Assembly (NCBI GenBank): GCA_963696055.1
Contig: CAVOIE010000006.1
Coordinates: forward strand, 531,431-563,430
Direction: 5' to 3'
DNA length: 32,000 nucleotides
From: an uncultured Actinomycetota bacterium
GTDB lineage: Bacteria; Actinomycetota; Actinomycetes; Actinomycetales; Micrococcaceae
The first letter of the stretch is position 1, and the number at the start of each line of letters is the position of its first letter. Of this stretch, positions 30,737 to 32,000 are shown in pieces. The position numbers were made by a program, and so were the translations under genes. Below the pieces are notes generated by a model, which saw nothing but the letters and a program-made list of their open reading frames with translations, ran no database searches and was not told the origin of the DNA.

Positions 30737-31183
30737 TCAGTTCTTCTTCAGTTCCTCAGCGAGCATGACGATGATGCCACTGGGACCGCGGACGTACGTG
30801 AGCCTGTAGACGTCCTCATAAGTCGCCACCGCGCGGAGCGGACGGCAGCCGTGTTTCGCGGCTATCTCAAGGGCCTTGTCCAAATCATCAACCGAGAATG
30901 CGACACGGTGCATGCCAATCTCGTTGGGGCGAGTGGGCGGGGTCTCGATCGCTTCGGGGTGGATGTACTCAAAGAGCTCGAGTCGACCGTGACCGTCCGG
31001 GGTCTGGAGCATCGCGATCTTGGCATGGTTGCCATCAAGTCCGACGGCGGTGTCGGTCCACTCACCGCTGACCGTGTCGCGGCCAACGACCGTCAGACCG
31101 AGGTCGGTGAAAAAGGCGATCGTTGCTTCGAGGTCGCGGACGGCGATACCGACGTTCTCAAGTTTGATGGCCATGCGCGACAT
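30737..31183 (-). CDS. VOC (glyoxalase/bleomycin-resistance/dioxygenase) family protein
   Basis: MSRMAIKLENVGIAVRDLEATIAFFTDLGLTVVGRD...HRVAFSVDDLDKALEIAAKHG is a typical betaalphabetabetabeta VOC module with His/Glu metal ligands. The start is either 31183 or 31174. The ORF-track extension to 31285 is rejected. Confidence 0.83.
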   Translation of the reverse strand: MSRMAIKLENVGIAVRDLEATIAFFTDLGLTVVGRDTVSGEWTDTAVGLDGNHAKIAMLQTPDGHGRLELFEYIHPEAIETPPTRPNEIGMHRVAFSVDDLDKALEIAAKHGCRPLRAVATYEDVYRLTYVRGPSGIIVMLAEELKKN

Positions 31184-31292
31184 GCTAGCGGGGCGAGCGT
31201 GAAGAAAAGAAGCCCCAAACCGCCACCCGCCCGGCTGCTTCCGCCCAGTACTGATCGCGGCAACCGCCTCGGAGTTGCGGCACAATGATCAT

Positions 31293-31733
31293 GTGGACGA
31301 CCTGCTTGTGCCCCCGGGACCCGGCGCGCCCGGTGGCCTCCGGATACCGGCGGGAGAGCTGGTCGAGCAGTTCTCCCGAGCCTCAGGCCCTGGCGGCCAG
31401 AGCGTCAACACCGCCGACTCACGTGTGCAACTCAGTCTCGACCTAGGCACGACAACAGCGCTGAGCGAGGTCCAACGCGATCGCGCCATCGATCGGCTCT
31501 CCGAGAGGATCTCGGGCACGGTGCTGACCGTCAGCGCCTCCGAGCACCGCTCCCAACGGCAAAACAGGATTGCGGCGAGGCAACGTCTCGTGGCAGTCCT
31601 GCGAGACGCAGTGGCTCCCCCTGTCGTCCGGCGACCAAGCCGGCCGACGAGTGGCTCGCGGCGTCGTCGGCTCGAAGGAAAACGGTTGCGCTCCGAGACC
31701 AAGCGCAACCGCCGGCGCCCAGAACCAGAATGA
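31293..31733 (+). CDS. arfB: Alternative ribosome-rescue factor ArfB (peptidyl-tRNA hydrolase, RF-1 domain, GGQ motif)
   Basis: It has the GPGGQSVNTADSRVQL (GGQ) motif, SEHRSQRQNR, and a strongly basic C-terminal tail (RRRRLEGKRLRSETKRNRRRP) that is characteristic of ArfB/YaeJ. Start is uncertain: GTG at 31293 or TTG at 31275. Confidence 0.85.
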   Translation: MDDLLVPPGPGAPGGLRIPAGELVEQFSRASGPGGQSVNTADSRVQLSLDLGTTTALSEVQRDRAIDRLSERISGTVLTVSASEHRSQRQNRIAARQRLVAVLRDAVAPPVVRRPSRPTSGSRRRRLEGKRLRSETKRNRRRPEPE

Positions 31734-31784
31734 CCTCCTGCTTGCCGCCGATCGCTGGGCTCTACCTCTTGGACACGCTCAAAC

Positions 31785-32000
31785 CTATCTGGACAGCGTC
31801 TGCCAGCCATCACGGTCCACGGCGACCACGTCGGCGGCCAGCACCCTCACGGTGGTGTGGTCCCTGAAAAGCGTGACCTCGATCCCCTTGTCCCCGAGCT
31901 CCAGCGCACCGGTCACCCCGGCCAGCCCGCCTCCGCACCTCGTCAGTGCAGTCAGGTACGGACGACGCCGGGGCCCCCGTCGGGCTCGTCCTCGCCGCCT
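31785..32000 (-). CDS. Possible 3' end of a hypothetical gene running off the right edge
   Basis: Hand translation of the minus strand in the frame open from 32000 gives ...YLTALTRCGGGLAGVTGALELGDKGIEVTLFRDHTTVRVLAADVVAVDRDGWQTLSR*, with TAG at 31785-31787. The last 40 or so residues look protein-like. The start is outside the window and no family is recognised. Confidence 0.3.
   Translation of the reverse strand, partial: RRRGRARRGPRRRPYLTALTRCGGGLAGVTGALELGDKGIEVTLFRDHTTVRVLAADVVAVDRDGWQTLSR

Noticed and set aside
31289-31813. 174-aa minus-strand ORF
   Set aside because: It is antisense to arfB, which has the GGQ motif and the basic tail. Its product is Arg-rich and low-complexity. Only its extreme 3' neighbourhood overlaps a different, possibly real, partial frame (31785-32000).

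Overview
High-GC, actinobacterial-type chromosomal DNA (taxon is inference from composition, GTG/TTG starts and gene content). Nearly every real gene has a long spurious antisense ORF in the six-frame track. I saw no rRNA, CRISPR array, transposase or integrase.

The window contains three functional blocks plus housekeeping genes.

(1) Selenocysteine block, 2.2-12 kb. It holds selC (tRNA-Sec, anticodon UCA), selA and selB on the minus strand, with selD divergent. Next to it is an FdnG/FdnH-type formate dehydrogenase with an NrfD-like membrane subunit. The catalytic gene carries an in-frame UGA (Sec) at 11396-11398, followed by a SECIS-like hairpin. As given, the gene is also broken by two +1 frameshifts at 3-nt homopolymers, near 9700 and 9418.

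(2) Transport and membrane genes, 12-18 kb. These are an SPFH/band-7 protein, an APC amino-acid permease and a FecBCD/BtuCDF-type ABC importer.

(3) Hydrogenase operon, minus strand, 29.2 to 18.8 kb. It encodes a group 1h (actinobacterial high-affinity, Hhy-type) [NiFe]-hydrogenase. Gene order is NiCoT nickel permease, hypA, hypB, hhyS, hhyL, a NifU/Rieske fusion (HhyE-type), three conserved unknowns (218, 218 and 482 aa), an untracked 39-aa membrane micro-ORF, the maturation endopeptidase, hypC and a disordered acidic protein.

The most interesting candidate for an undescribed system is the run of uncharacterised genes between hhyL and the protease (20044-23851). Four of its five junctions are 4-nt stop/start overlaps and the fifth is a 1-nt gap.

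The right end carries a DHFR-like reductase, a lipoprotein, a VOC/glyoxalase protein and arfB.
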